A stretch of DNA of 63,130 bases, filler included, from Octopus bimaculoides (taxonomy: Eukaryota): the NCBI RefSeq assembly GCF_001194135.2. It is 6 parts of 4 records of this genome, joined end to end, with 100 filler letters (N's around TTAATTAATTAA, not from the genome) between each part and the next. Parts side by side here need not be neighbours in the genome. Positions count along the whole stretch, not along the records: positions 40,734 to 54,187 come from NC_068989.1; positions 54,288 to 56,591 come from NC_068982.1; positions 56,692 to 63,130 come from NC_068989.1; 3 more parts are not named here. The stretch is one strand, 5' to 3'. Shown one piece after another: positions 49,958 to 63,098 of this stretch. Within the stretch, counting starts at the first letter, position 1. Each line of letters starts with the position of its first letter. The notes under the pieces are model-generated. The model worked only from the letters and a program-made list of their open reading frames with translations, did not search any database and was not told the origin of the DNA. The translations under genes and the position numbers were made by a program.

Positions 49958-50668
49958 CTATATCGATTTCAAATTTTGGAAAAAAAAGCCCCAGCAAATT
50001 CAAGGGAGGCTGTTACTTCGACCCCAGTGTTCAACTGATTACTTCGACCCCAGTGTTCAACTGATTACTTCGACCCCAGTGTTTAACTGGTACTTATTTT
50101 TATCAACCCCCTAAAGAATGAAAAGTAAAGTTGCCCTCGGCAGATTTTAAATTAAAAACGTAAAGATGGCCGAAATGCTTCTAAGCATTTTGTCCGGCAT
50201 GCGAACGAGTCTGCCAGCATGCAGCTTTCTTTATTGAAATTATATTAATACCGCATTGAAGGTGGTGAGCTGGCGGCATTTCTTCCGGCTCCTAACGTTC
50301 CGAGTTCAAATTCTGCCGAGGCCAACTTTACCTTTCATCATTTCGGATTCGATAAAATAAAATACCAGTCACGTACTAGGGCCGATGCAACGACGAGCTC
50401 CCTCTCCCAAAATGTAGGCCATGTGCCTATATTGAAAGCAAAACTGGCGAGCTGGAAAACTCGTTAGTACGTCGGATGAAATATTTAACTATATGACTTC
50501 CGGCTTTACGTCCTGAGTTCAAATATCGCCGCGGCCGACTTTGCCTTACATCTTTTCGGGGTTCATAAAATAATTACCAGTTGAGCACTAGGGTCGATGT
50601 AATCAACTGCCACCCTCCACCCCACGCGCTTTCTCAAAATTATTTCAGGCCTTGTGTCTATAGCAGAA
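49958..50668. mobile_element. Cluster of three family A SINEs: minus 49958-50222, plus 50258-50435, plus 50444-50668
   Basis: Each has the GAGTTCAAAT..GCCGAGG.C.ACTTTGCC body; the minus copy carries a 26-bp triplication at 50013-50090. Confidence 0.88.
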
Positions 50669-51049
50669 ATGATTAATATAACATTTAAATGACAGTTACT
50701 CGCACAAGACATCACATTTATGATAGAATATAAAAACTGAAGAATGAATTAATGAAGAATACAATGGTTACATAAATAATAAACGTCTTCAAAAAGTTGA
50801 CTGGAAATATATTTCCTGGACTATTTTTGTATAATGTCTGAACTCAAGTCAATTAATAGAAATTTAATTAGAAAATTAAAATCTCGGTTCAGAGGAGATG
50901 AGATTGACGATTCTCATTTAAGCAATTAGAAATCAAATTAGACACAGATCGTACACATTAACTGATTATCGAACATTTTGCTTTATCAGTGACTCATTGT
51001 GCAGACGACAATAGGTGCTAGAGTGACTGTGTAAGTGAAAACGTTCATT

Positions 51050-51162
51050 TTGCAGCTGCTTGGTTTCAGATTCAGTCCCTGTTGAACAGCACCTTGCACG
51101 TGTCTTTAGCTAGAGTTCCGAGCTGACCAGTGCCCTGTAAATGGATTTGGTAGACGAAATCT

Positions 51163-51224
<62 letters not shown>

Positions 51225-51400
51225 TGTTTGCCCCTCGTTCTGCTTGACAACATCGGTTTTCCGTCGGTATGAGGACAAAGCAAGCCGTTCGCTGAAAAAC
51301 GAAGTGATTGATAGATAAGTACAAGATTTAAAAATAAGTCTTGGAGTTAGTTCGATCGACTAAACCCTTGAAGGTGAAACTTCCAAAGAGATGGAAGGTA
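51050..51400 (+). mobile_element. SINE family B, degenerate, with internal (TG)n
   Basis: GGATTTGGTAGACGAAA, (TG)n, GCTTGACAAC...AATAAGTC tail. Confidence 0.65.
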
Positions 51401-51492
51401 AAATTAACCTCGGTGGGATTTGAACTCAAAAAATCTAAAGTACGAGAAGAGATGTAGAAGAGAATTTTATCCGACGCGCAAACGATTCTGCC
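51385..51492 (-). mobile_element. SINE family A head, minus strand
   Basis: CCTCGGTGGGATTTGAACTC...AACGATTCTGCC. Confidence 0.8.
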
Positions 51493-51510
51493 ATCGACAG
51501 AATCGTTATG

Positions 51511-51732
51511 CGTGGCAGAAACGTTAGCACACGGGGCGAAATGTTTAGAGGTATTTCGTCTGTCTTTACGTTCTGAGTTCAAATTCCGCCGAGGTCGACT
51601 TTGCCTTTTATCGTTTCGCAGCCGATAAATTAAGTACCAGTTACGCAATGGGTCGATGTAATCGACTTAATCCCTTTGTCTGACCTTGTTTGTCCCCTCT
51701 AGGTTTAGCCCCTTGTGGGCAATAAAGAAATA
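51511..51732 (+). mobile_element. SINE family A, full length, with 12-bp target-site duplication
   Basis: AGAATCGTTATG at 51499-51510 and 51733-51744 flanks the copy; A-box TGGCAGAAACGTTAG, B-box GAGTTCAAATTCC. Confidence 0.93.
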
Positions 51733-52109
51733 AGAATCGTTATGTTGTGCACTCATAACAGAATTATGAGTACTTCACTGCATGGTCATCTAACTGCTAG
51801 TAATAGCAGCTAAATTCCCCTTTAATCATACACTGAATTTTTAAAAGGGAGGTAGAATTGCTATTGGACACAATTGATCTCGATGGTCACATTATCGATC
51901 ATCTACGTAAATACGATCAGTGGTTCAACAATAGCAAAAGCAACAACAACAGCCGTAACGACAATAACAACAATCACAACAACTTCGATACACTTCTGCA
52001 ACAGTTATGCTTGTTTCATCAAAGGATTCATTAAGTCTCCATTCCGCTGTATGATAATATATTCATTGACTCCACCCCCATCTTTTCTTCTTTCTCGTTT
52101 TCTTTGATT

Positions 52110-52142
52110 GGCTATCTGTCTGTCTGCGTGTTTCTCTGTCCT

Positions 52143-52180
<38 letters not shown>

Positions 52181-52259
52181 TCTCTCTCTCTCTGTCACTC
52201 TTTCTTTCCTTCTTTCTCCCCTTTCTCTCTCTCTCTCCCTCTTCCTCTATCTATCTCTT

Positions 52260-52317
<58 letters not shown>

Positions 52318-52457
52318 CCTCTTCCTCTATCTCTTTCTCTCTCTGCTACCCTTTCTTTCCTTCTTTCTCTCTCTTCTCTCTCTCCCTCTTCCTCTATGTC
52401 TCTCTCTCTCTCTCTTTTACACAAACTCATACACAGATATTTCATTTTCCCACTCTC

Positions 52458-52509
<52 letters not shown>

Positions 52510-52510
52510 A
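52110..52510. repeat. (TC)n-rich polypyrimidine tract
   Basis: Direct reading. Confidence 0.95.
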
Positions 52511-53109
52511 TATCAATCTATCTCAATCTATCTCTCCTAAACACTTTCCCACTCTGTATTCCTTTATATCTCTCGCTGTTCACCCTTTCTCACCACCACC
52601 CCCTCGCCCCAGACACACACGCACTATTTATTTCGTTCTTTTTTTTATTTTATTGTTTTTCAATGTTTGCTCTGTTAAGTCATCTCTGTAACCACCTCCT
52701 CCACTTCTTCTTCTCCTTCTCTTTCTTCCCCTTCCTCTCCTTCTCTTTCTTCTCTTTCTTCTTCTTCACTGCTTGCCAACCCGAATGATATAAAATTATC
52801 GATCGCAGACAATTGGTTTTGATTGCTGTGTGTGAGGACACTACACTTAATGAACCAGTACGTGTCTAACACCTCCAACAAAACAAAACAAACCCCACAA
52901 AACAACCAACAAAAAGAAGTAAAACAAATACAAAGAACAAAAGCACAAAAAAAACAAACAGACAAACAAACAAACAAATGAACACACCAAAATAATCTGA
53001 AACGAATAAATAAATGCAACAATAAAACATAAGTAAATATTAAAAGTCAAACAAACACACATATATATATGTGTATATATATACATATTTATCTCTCTCT
53101 CTTCCTTTC

Positions 53110-53150
<41 letters not shown>

Positions 53151-53440
53151 ATGTCTATGTGTGTGTGTATATATAAGTGTATAAACGCCAAGAGTTTACC
53201 TGACAATGTCACCAATAAATCAAATGCAATATCGAGACCAACCTTTAATTTTATTCCCCGGGTGGTTTCAGGCGTTTTTTTATTTTTTTATTTTATTACA
53301 TACTCTTATGGGTAAGCGGGTAGGATGTCGGTGTTGTTGGTGGTGTTGGTGATGGTGCCGTTTTTTCTTGTTCTTGTTCTCTCATAAATTTGTTTTGACG
53401 ATTTGTCTTTTCCACTCTACAAAACTACATACGCACATAC

Positions 53441-53496
<56 letters not shown>

Positions 53497-53607
53497 TTAT
53501 ATTTATATTTATATTTATATGTATGTATATATACACACATGCATATACACACACACATACACATACACACACGCACACATACATAGACACGTATATGTAC
53601 CTGCAAG

Positions 53608-53666
<59 letters not shown>

Positions 53667-53737
53667 GCATGCATACATACAGACGTACTTACATACATAC
53701 GTACATACATACATACATACATACATACATACATACA

Positions 53738-53768
<31 letters not shown>

Positions 53769-54131
53769 GTAAAACACAGGTAGGTTGATTGTATTATTTC
53801 GTCCGCTTCCTTCTTTCCATTCCGTACCATTTCCTCTCACCGATTTGTGCAATCCCCTCCACCACACAACCAGTTACTTGTTACGGATGTTCACATTCAA
53901 ATAAAATTATGCTTTCTGCTTAGCATAGGGCCTCCATCTTCGCGCGTGTGAGTAACTGTTCGTGTGTGTGTGTGTGAGTTTGTGTGGGCATGTGTGTATG
54001 TTTGCGGTGGTATGGTATTAGAAATTAATGAAGTTCTCTTTCTCTCTCTCTCTCTCTCTCTGTCTTTTTATTTCCGTCTCTCTCCTGTTATTTATTTGTA
54101 TGCATATGTATGCATATATATGTACGTATAC

Positions 54132-54178
<47 letters not shown>

Positions 54179-54287
54179 TATACATATNNNNNNNNNNNNN
54201 NNNNNNNNNNNNNNNNNNNNNNNNNNNNNNNTTAATTAATTAANNNNNNNNNNNNNNNNNNNNNNNNNNNNNNNNNNNNNNNNNNNN

Positions 54288-54409
54288 ACTTATTATTTGT
54301 AAGCCTACTACTTATTCTATCGATCTATTTTGCCGAACCGCTAAGTTACGGGGACGTAAACACACCAGCATCGGTTGTCAAGCGATGTTGGGGGAAAGAA
54401 ACAGACACA

Positions 54410-54460
<51 letters not shown>
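54288..54460 (-). mobile_element. SINE family B tail plus (CA)n
   Basis: TGTAAGCCTACTACTTATTCTATCG...CATCGGTTGTCAAGCGATGTTGGGGG matches 47890-47990. Confidence 0.9.
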
Positions 54461-54480
<20 letters not shown>

Positions 54481-54849
54481 TGGCTCTACTATACCACATT
54501 ATCAGCAGCTGTCCTCAAATCTCTACGAGATAATACCTGCCCCTGAGGTCTGACTTGCATGCAAAAGCTATTTACATTGCATGCTTCCACACATACTTAC
54601 ATAGAATAAAAATATGCATACGTACATATGTGCATACATATTTAAGAGGTTTTGGTATCCAGAAGACCGAAGATGGCAGGTAAAGCTATGTAAGTGCTAA
54701 GAAAGGATCGTAGTTAGACTGCTCCGGTTCGATAATATAAGTGAGGAGTTTAATGCGGGCCGTGTGTGAGCATTTAAATGTTAAATAAAATGAGACAAAA
54801 CAGCCAAGGCATTGTGAAATCTCTAGGCCACTTTAAAAGAGAAAGTTAG

Positions 54850-55085
54850 TCTCACAGCTGTGTGAGGGATATCCATTCATCAGAGACGATATGAGAGTAA
54901 AATACACGGAATTAGTACAGTTCAATATAAGAAGTTATTTTGGAAACGGAGAGATATAGGATTACAGAGAATGAGGGATACCCCTTCATCAGAGACGATA
55001 TGAGAGAGTTAAATAGAGGGAAATAGTAGAGTTCAATACAAGAAGATATTTTGGAGACGGAGACACATAGGAATTATAAAGGGAA
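54850..55085 (-). mobile_element. Diverged about 110-bp tandem duplication, Penelope-terminal-repeat-like, with decayed hammerhead cores
   Basis: GAGGGATA.C..TTCATCAGAGACGATATGAGAG at about 54864 and 54974; minus strand CTGATGA ATGGATATCCCT CACACAGCTGT. Confidence 0.55.
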
Positions 55086-55331
55086 ATAAGAGAATAAAAA
55101 TAGAAATACATGTTGGATGTTACAGTTGCAGTTCTATTCTGCAAGTAAGGTGCCGTGTAGAATGGGTAAAAAGGCTTCTTGTCCATGGTATATAAATTCC
55201 GATAGGAGTTCATATTTTGTTATTACAAATGGATAGTGAGGAGACATTAACAGATGTGAGACAACCTTTGTCTTTATAAATCTCCTAGAAATTTCACACT
55301 GCCTTGGCTTTTTTGTCTCATTTTATTTAAA

Positions 55332-55369
<38 letters not shown>

Positions 55370-55550
55370 GTATATATTTACATTTATATTTTTATATACA
55401 CACATATACATATTATGTATACAAGTGTGCATGTATATTTATACGTACATGCACATACATACAAACAGATGAATATCAGTATATATATGTATGCATGCAT
55501 GTGTCTGTATATATATATATACGTACACATACATACATACACACACGCAA

Positions 55551-55584
<34 letters not shown>

Positions 55585-55594
55585 NNNNNNNNNN

Positions 55595-55631
<37 letters not shown>

Positions 55632-55653
55632 ACACGTACACGCGCGCACACGC

Positions 55654-55690
<37 letters not shown>

Positions 55691-55987
55691 GAGAGAGAGG
55701 AACACGTGATATTATGCATGGAAAGAAATATGATAAGAAAGCAATTATTTGTTTAAGCCTCATTAGTATTAGTTGTTTTCACGCTATATCATCCAAAGCA
55801 ATTAGCGCCAATAACAATCAAACATAATCATCAACACATTGCTTTTAATCTTGCTAATAATCAATAAATAATAATTACATTTACAAATCTAAGGATTTTC
55901 GACTCCTGGGATTACTAGTGATGACGTGCAAGAATATATATCTTCGTACATGAACGAATAACAAATCATAATACGTGCATGCATACA

Positions 55988-56021
<34 letters not shown>

Positions 56022-56142
56022 CATACATACATATATATATACATAGATACATACATACATACATACATGCATACATATCCACATATATATATATATATAT
56101 AGATATATAGATACATATGTTTATGCATATATATACATAGAT

Positions 56143-56233
<91 letters not shown>

Positions 56234-56246
56234 AATACATATACAG

Positions 56247-56591
56247 ATTGCTTAATAAAGAGAATGAATGGGAGATTGCTTAATAAAGAGAATGAATGGG
56301 AGAAAGAGAGCCTGCCTTATGTCGACCCAATAGAGGGACCAGCTATCCGAGTTGATAGTACCAGGGTAGATAAAGCAATTAAGAGTATGAAGACCGGGAA
56401 AGCCCCCGGCCCATCAGGAATCACTGCAGAGATGCTCAAAATATCTGGCAGTGTTGGCTATAGCCTAGTCACCCGTATTACGAACCAGGTGATACACGAA
56501 GGAGTCATACCCTATGACTGGTGTAGCAGCATCATAGTCAACTGCTACAAAGGTAAAGGGGACGCTTTAGATACAAATAATTACAGAGGCA
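56247..56591 (+). mobile_element. RTE-clade LINE, start of reverse transcriptase domain (cut by gap)
   Basis: VDKAIKSMKTGKAPGPSGITAEMLK...IPYDWCSSIIVNCYKGKGDALDTNNYRG: classic KAPGPxGI and (P)xYKGKGD..C.NYRG non-LTR RT motifs. Confidence 0.9.
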
Positions 56592-56691
56592 NNNNNNNNN
56601 NNNNNNNNNNNNNNNNNNNNNNNNNNNNNNNNNNNTTAATTAATTAANNNNNNNNNNNNNNNNNNNNNNNNNNNNNNNNNNNNNNNNNNNN

Positions 56692-57285
56692 AGAATGTTT
56701 AAGAAACATAAGAACATTATGAGTTTGTTTTAAAATTTGAGAATACATAAACAGTTTTTACGTAGGATATGGGCAGTTCCCATGAGCACTATCTTTTGAA
56801 TTTCTGCCATTTTGAGGTTTCCTGGTATCTGAGCTTGGTAGCAATCAGCCCGTTTCGCTGTCATTCCCAGGGCACCTATGACAATTGGTATTGTTTTAGT
56901 CTTCAGGTCCCACATTTTGCTAATTTCTATTTCAAGATCTTTATATTTGCTCAGTTTTTGGTAGGTCTTGACAGATACGTTTATATCGATTGAGACAGTC
57001 ATATCAATGAGGAGGCATGATTTTTGTCTGAAGTCTTTCAATATCATATCTGGCCTATTTGCATCTATCTTCCTGTCAGTTTGAATGGCGAAGTTCCAGA
57101 GGAGCGAGATGTGATCACTTTCAAGCACTGGGGGTTGTTTGTTTTCCCACCAGTTTTTATCAAGGGGCAAGTCTAGGTTTTTGCAAATTACCCAGTGAAT
57201 ATACTGTGCTGTTCTGTCATGCCCGTTGAGATACTCTGTAGGTGCAAGAAGACTGCTTATGAAGACAACATGATCAATGGTGTCA

Positions 57286-57287
<2 letters not shown>
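56692..57287 (-). mobile_element. R4/Dong-like non-LTR 3' fragment: zinc-knuckle remnant plus restriction-like endonuclease
   Basis: TIDHVV...LLAPTEYLNGHDRTAQYIHW...LWNFAIQTDRKIDANRPDMIL...LIDMTV...KLSKYKDLEIEISKMW...IPIVIGALG (RPD...D...K..KY REL motif); 5' end abuts (TAA)n. Confidence 0.92.
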
Positions 57288-57338
<51 letters not shown>

Positions 57339-57894
57339 TTATTATTATTAATATTATTATAGGAGGTCTTTTTCTTATGAGTGAGAGAATATGTGAAATA
57401 ATAATTCCATATAATACTTTTTTTAATGTCTTACTGTTTCGCCCTGCTTATGAGCTCATCAGTACATCATAGCTTGAGATCATGAGATTAGTTGGTCTAT
57501 TTTTAATTTAAAACCGTTAAAAGTTATATACGATAGATTTCTTCTTTTTTCTTTACTCTCTTAATAGTGGAGAAAAGGAGTGAAAATATATGTTGAGGGA
57601 GAGAGAGAAAGAGAGCGAGAAGAGCTCTATGACAGGACTTCAATTCAGAATCTATAGAGTCGCACCAGATGCTGAAAGACATTTAGTTCTGATGTTCTAT
57701 CGTTTCTTCTGCCTTAATCATTAGAGAATTTGATACATTGGTACTACATCACATACATTTATAGGATAACGCTATAGCAGACATCATAACCTAGTACGTA
57801 GCTGGTACTTAAGGAAAGATCCATGGCGTCGATCGACCCGTGGGAAAAGCAGCTAAGTATCGAACATGCTAGCTCGCCGCCTTACTGAAGAAAA

Positions 57895-58012
57895 TAAGAC
57901 ATTGATTTCAAATTTTGGCACAGTCCCAGCAAAAGGATGAAAAACAAAGTCGGCCCCGGTGACATTTGAACGGAGAACGTAAAGACGGACAATTCAGACA
58001 GCTCGCCACCTT
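57895..58012 (-). mobile_element. SINE family A, internally deleted
   Basis: ATTGATTTCAAATTTTGGCACA...GGATGAAAAACAAAGTCGGCCCCGGTG...AACGTAAAGACGGAC...GCTCGCCACC. Confidence 0.8.
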
Positions 58013-58628
58013 AGGAGAAAATAAAATATTGAAAGGCAGATAATCAGGACATTGTCATTGTTTCCTCCCACCGTCTTAAGGGATATCGTATTTAATATGT
58101 TTAATCCAAATAATAAACAGAGTATTAGAATAACGTCGGCAAAACAGGAACTTACCACAAGCTCGTTATCTTAGAGGAATATAACACTGATTCATTTCCG
58201 GGTCACAATGAGTCATTCCATTAATGTTTAAATCTAGTTTCTTTAGTGAGGAAAGGACAGAAACAAAATATATTCTTTGGATTTGATGCAAAAAAAACAA
58301 ATTAGAAAATCTTGTTTATCTATCTGAGAAGCAAGGACAATAGCGGTGGTAGACGCCGTAATTCGTAACATTTTTTTAAAGTTGTGCCTTCTAATTTGGG
58401 GCCATCCATAACATATAAATAATACAATTATCTAGGAGTGATCAAGAACCTTTTGATCATTATAAGAAAAGGCAGTTTTCTTCAAGACATCTATTACGAA
58501 TATATTTGCGTTACAATTATCTAGAGAGCCATTGATAACGCACACACACATACACAGATGTATGTGTGTGTGTGTGTGTGTGTGTGTGAGTGTGTGTGTG
58601 TGTGTGAGTGTGAGTGTGTGTGTGTGTG

Positions 58629-58680
<52 letters not shown>

Positions 58681-60329
58681 CAAAATGGGACAAGAACGCA
58701 AAACATCCAGACAGGTGATACAAAAAGGGACAACAAAACATCCAGACAGACGATATAAACACACATCCACCCGCATGATAACACACACACGCATGGTATA
58801 TACATATATGCACCCACCCACACCAGACATCACACACACACACATACATTTTAATGACAATTATATAAGGCTTATCCATAACGAATATATGTATATTAGA
58901 ATTGCCTGGAAGCTATCAACAGCTTGTATTATATCTAGAAAACAATTATCTATAGATCTATTGTAAATATATTTATGTAACAATTATATAGTGAGTTACA
59001 CACACACACGCACACACACACACACACATGAATGGCCAAGTTTTATCAATAACAAATATATCTATATATAACAATTATTTAGGGAATTATTGAAAACGCA
59101 CATATATATCTAAACGATAATTATATCAAGTTTGTCAATAACAAATATATCTATGTTAAAATTATCCTGGTATTCATCCATAACTTTATATCTAGAGGCC
59201 AATTATGTTCCTACACTCATGGCAAATATATTTTGGTTTATACTTATCTAGAAATAATCAATAACCAATTTACGTTGAGGGCACAATTGTCTACAGAGCC
59301 ATTCACCATTCATATGTCTTACAAACAATCACATTTATTTCTTTTGTCTGAGAACACGGATTCAGATTTTTTCAGGAATTTGATTATTATATAATTCAAT
59401 TTTGAATTTATTCAGCAAAAATTTTGATCTGAAACTAACCTGTTGCTTTCTCAATCGGTAAATATTTTTTAACTACTTGATTTTAGTTTTCAAGTGAACT
59501 TTTTTTTTATGTAATAATAGAAAAAAATAGTTGAAAACTAAAAGCTAAGCATTTAAAAGGAAAAATATATATGTCCAAAGAGAAAGTTACAAATTGGCGT
59601 AGAGAAAAATTAAAACAAACATAAAAAGCTTTCGAAAGAGAAAGTTAAGTGAAATGTAGGCAAACAACAACTTTTGAGTTTGTTTATAGGCTTTCTTAAT
59701 TATGAGACTTTCCAAATATAACAACAATGATCATTTTGTGTGTGGTTTTGTAAAACCGTAAGTGTCGTAATAAAATGATAGTAATTTTCTTTCAACTTGG
59801 AATCGCTCTCGAAATTCAAGCAAGGCCTTACAAAAAAGGTCAGTTTTTAATATAAAAAACACGTTTTCGACGGGATACAATACTCTTCAGGAAAAACATA
59901 CTCAAGGATATTATCCACTGAAGAGAAACACAGCAGCACTCTTCAGTAAAGATAAACTATATGAATATCTTCACTACAATTACATGTCGAGGATGGCAAT
60001 TGATGGAAGCGTTAGACACTTCATATTAAATATCAAACATACATTCCGCCTTTCATTCGCTCCCGCTTTTTAATACATAAAATAATTCCCATTCTCTTAC
60101 CCCTTTACACTCTCTTTTTCACTCCCTCTCTCTCCCTCTCTCTGTCTTTCTCTCAAACAATGATTTAAACACACCTACAGTTATACACGCATTAAATCTC
60201 TTGCGCAGACTCATATACATATTTATGCATGTATATGAGTCATGCAATAATAAATATGAATAAATTAACTTGGCGAATATATATGTACACATACACTTAT
60301 ATATATGTGTGTTTGTGCTTGCGTAAGTT

Positions 60330-60387
<58 letters not shown>

Positions 60388-61057
60388 ACATATATCTATA
60401 TACACATACGTACACATGCATGCATCTATACATACACACATACATAACGACCTGCCTACATATCTCTGTATCAAAATATCTATAAAGACACCGCATGTCC
60501 CTCCACATCCACCCTGCACGAAACCAACACAAATCGGTTTGATAAAAATGGTTAATGATTCCATTTCTAAATGAGAATATCTGGCATGCTGCATCTCAAC
60601 TACACCCACTACATAACTTCTACACCCACTCACCACCCGACGTACCACTTTCTACATCTAATATCACTTAGAGTGAAATGGGCATGTTCTTCAATAGACA
60701 TGGAAGCTCGCTTTCTAAGTGAAAACATAGGAAACCAATTCACTCATCCATTCTTAAATGTCATTAGAGATTTTAAAATGCAATTATGAATATGTAGATA
60801 TATATATATATATACATATATTTATAATATACATATATACATATTATACATATATGTATGTATGTTTGTATGTATGTATGCATAGAGCATTTTGATGTTT
60901 TATAGGAAACGATATCTAACCATGTTCTTCACATACACTCACATATATGAATATATAGGCATAAATATGTGGATATAGATCTATATAGATACATATGTGT
61001 GTGTGTATCTATATATATATATACATACAAACTCATGCACAAATATGCATAGATAGA

Positions 61058-61181
<124 letters not shown>

Positions 61182-61218
61182 GAAAAGGAGAATTCCTCTT
61201 CCTCTTCATCATTCATTT

Positions 61219-61319
61219 ATAGATGTTTTCGATCTAGTTTCGATTCTTTGCCATCAAATTTGATGGCAAAGAATTTAAATTTGATGGCAAAGAATCCAAA
61301 CTAGATCGGAAACATCTAT
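61219..61319. repeat. About 100-nt near-perfect hairpin (40-bp arms) with a duplicated arm segment in the loop
   Basis: 61219-61258 pairs with 61280-61319 (2 non-Watson-Crick positions); the loop TTTGATGGCAAAGAAT repeats the start of arm 2. Confidence 0.92.
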
Positions 61320-62129
61320 CTATATCTATTTAGTCATTTACAATTGTATTGGAATTGGTTTAAGGATGGTGACCTCTTCGAAAAAAGAAAAGGTGTGGTG
61401 TGGTCATCACTGGTGTGGTCTTTTTGCNNNNNNNNNNNNNNNNNNNNNNNNNNNNNNNNNNNNNNNNNNNNNNNNNNNNNNNNNNNNNNNNNNNNNNNNN
61501 NNNNNNNNNNNNNNNNNNNNNNNNNNNNNNNNNNNNNNNNNNNNNNNNNNNNNNNNNNNNNNNNNNNNNNNNNNNNNNNNNNNNNNNNNNNNNNNNNNNN
61601 NNNNNNNNNNNNNNNNNNNNNNNNNNNNNNNNNNNNNNNNNNNNNNNNNNNNNNNNNNNNNNNNNNNNNNNNNNNNNNNNNNNNNNNNNNNNNNNNNNNN
61701 NNNNNNNNNNNNNNNNNNNNNNNNNNNNNNNNNNNNNNNNNNNNNNNNNNNNNNNNNNNNNNNNNNNNNNNNNNNNNNNNNNGTGTGTGTGTGTGTGTGT
61801 GAGTGAATGAGTGTGATTGCGTGTTTGTGTGCGTGCGCACGTGTGCGTGTGTCTGCATGTGTGCGTGTGTACGTGTGTGTATGTGTGTGCTCGCTTGTGC
61901 GTGTGCACACGCGTGTTTGGGAACATGTCCATATTTATACTGTGTAACTTCGATATTTTGCATTGAAAAACAAAATCACGCTTCTTTCAATTTCATGTTT
62001 TTGCATTAGAGAACATTAGTATAACACTTACAAACTAGAAAAACACGCAAAGCTCAGAACATCTCAATGCCACACATATACCCCTGAATATTTACAGAGA
62101 TGAGCATTGTGTTTCCGATATTTGAGTTA

Positions 62130-62800
62130 TATTTAGAATACATAATGTACTGTCTCCACTTTCCTTTCAAACATTCAATTTTGGAGGGAATTTTTTGATA
62201 AAATGTATTTCCATGGCTTTTCAGTTATTGTGGATTGTCTCGTGCACATTTGAAAAAGGGAAAAAATTTGAATTTTCCGTCGCTGCATATTTCTAGATGC
62301 TTGCTTAGTGGAATCTCACGTAGTTCCTCTTGTTGGATATGTTGCCTGTGGATTCTTGCACGTTGGCAGAGGGAATTATTTGTTTCGCCAATGTAATTGT
62401 CTTTGTAGTTTGGGCAGTTAATGCAGTATATGAGATTTTGCGTTTCGCAGTACATATCTGCATTTATTTTGAAAAGGGATCCGCTCTTGAATTTTATGTG
62501 GGAACCTCTAAGTATTTAAAGTTGTTATTGTTGTTGCATGTTCCACATCTCTTATCTCCACATTCTTTTACTAAGAATTTTGTTTCATTCTTTGATTTGA
62601 ATTCTGCTCTTGTGAGGTGTTTGTTAAGATTTTTTTGTTGGCGTCTACTATTCCGTAAGGTTTTTTTTAATCAGATTTTTCAGTTTGGGGCTTTGTAGTT
62701 CAATTTTATGGCGTGAAAGATGGTTATTCCAGTACTGTGTGTGTTGACGAACGGAATCGTGTTTTCATTAGCTTTTTCATTAGGTGTCCGTAGTTAGGTG
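62130..62800 (-). mobile_element. Penelope-like element: linker plus GIY-YIG endonuclease relic
   Basis: IPFVNTH...SRRQQKNLNKHLTRAEF...KECGDKRCGTC, then (frameshift) MYCETQNLIYCINCPNYKDNYIGETNNSLCQRARIHRQHI...PLSKHLEIC...FFPF. Confidence 0.9.
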
Positions 62801-63098
62801 ATGTTCCGAAACATAAATACCCCGAAACTAGTCTGTAGATGCCAGACCAGCAAGGGGAAGCGGGGCTGACCCCCCCCCCCCTTGTTCAAAGGTTATAATG
62901 GACACAGGTTCGTGTGTCACATAGCTAGCTAGAGGCGATGGCCTCTTGGAGCTAATCAACGGCAGCATTCGTCCAATTTTTTGGACTGCCATGTTGGCTA
63001 CGCGATAACTATTAATATCTAGTGCCGCTGCCGTAGTTTCCTTTAGAGAGATTTAGAAATATCAATAATTCTATTATATATATATATATATATATATA

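Noticed and set aside
59868-59950. CTGAAGAG motifs in both orientations with a nearby GAAA
   Set aside because: Stem II does not pair; at most a decayed Penelope-type terminus.
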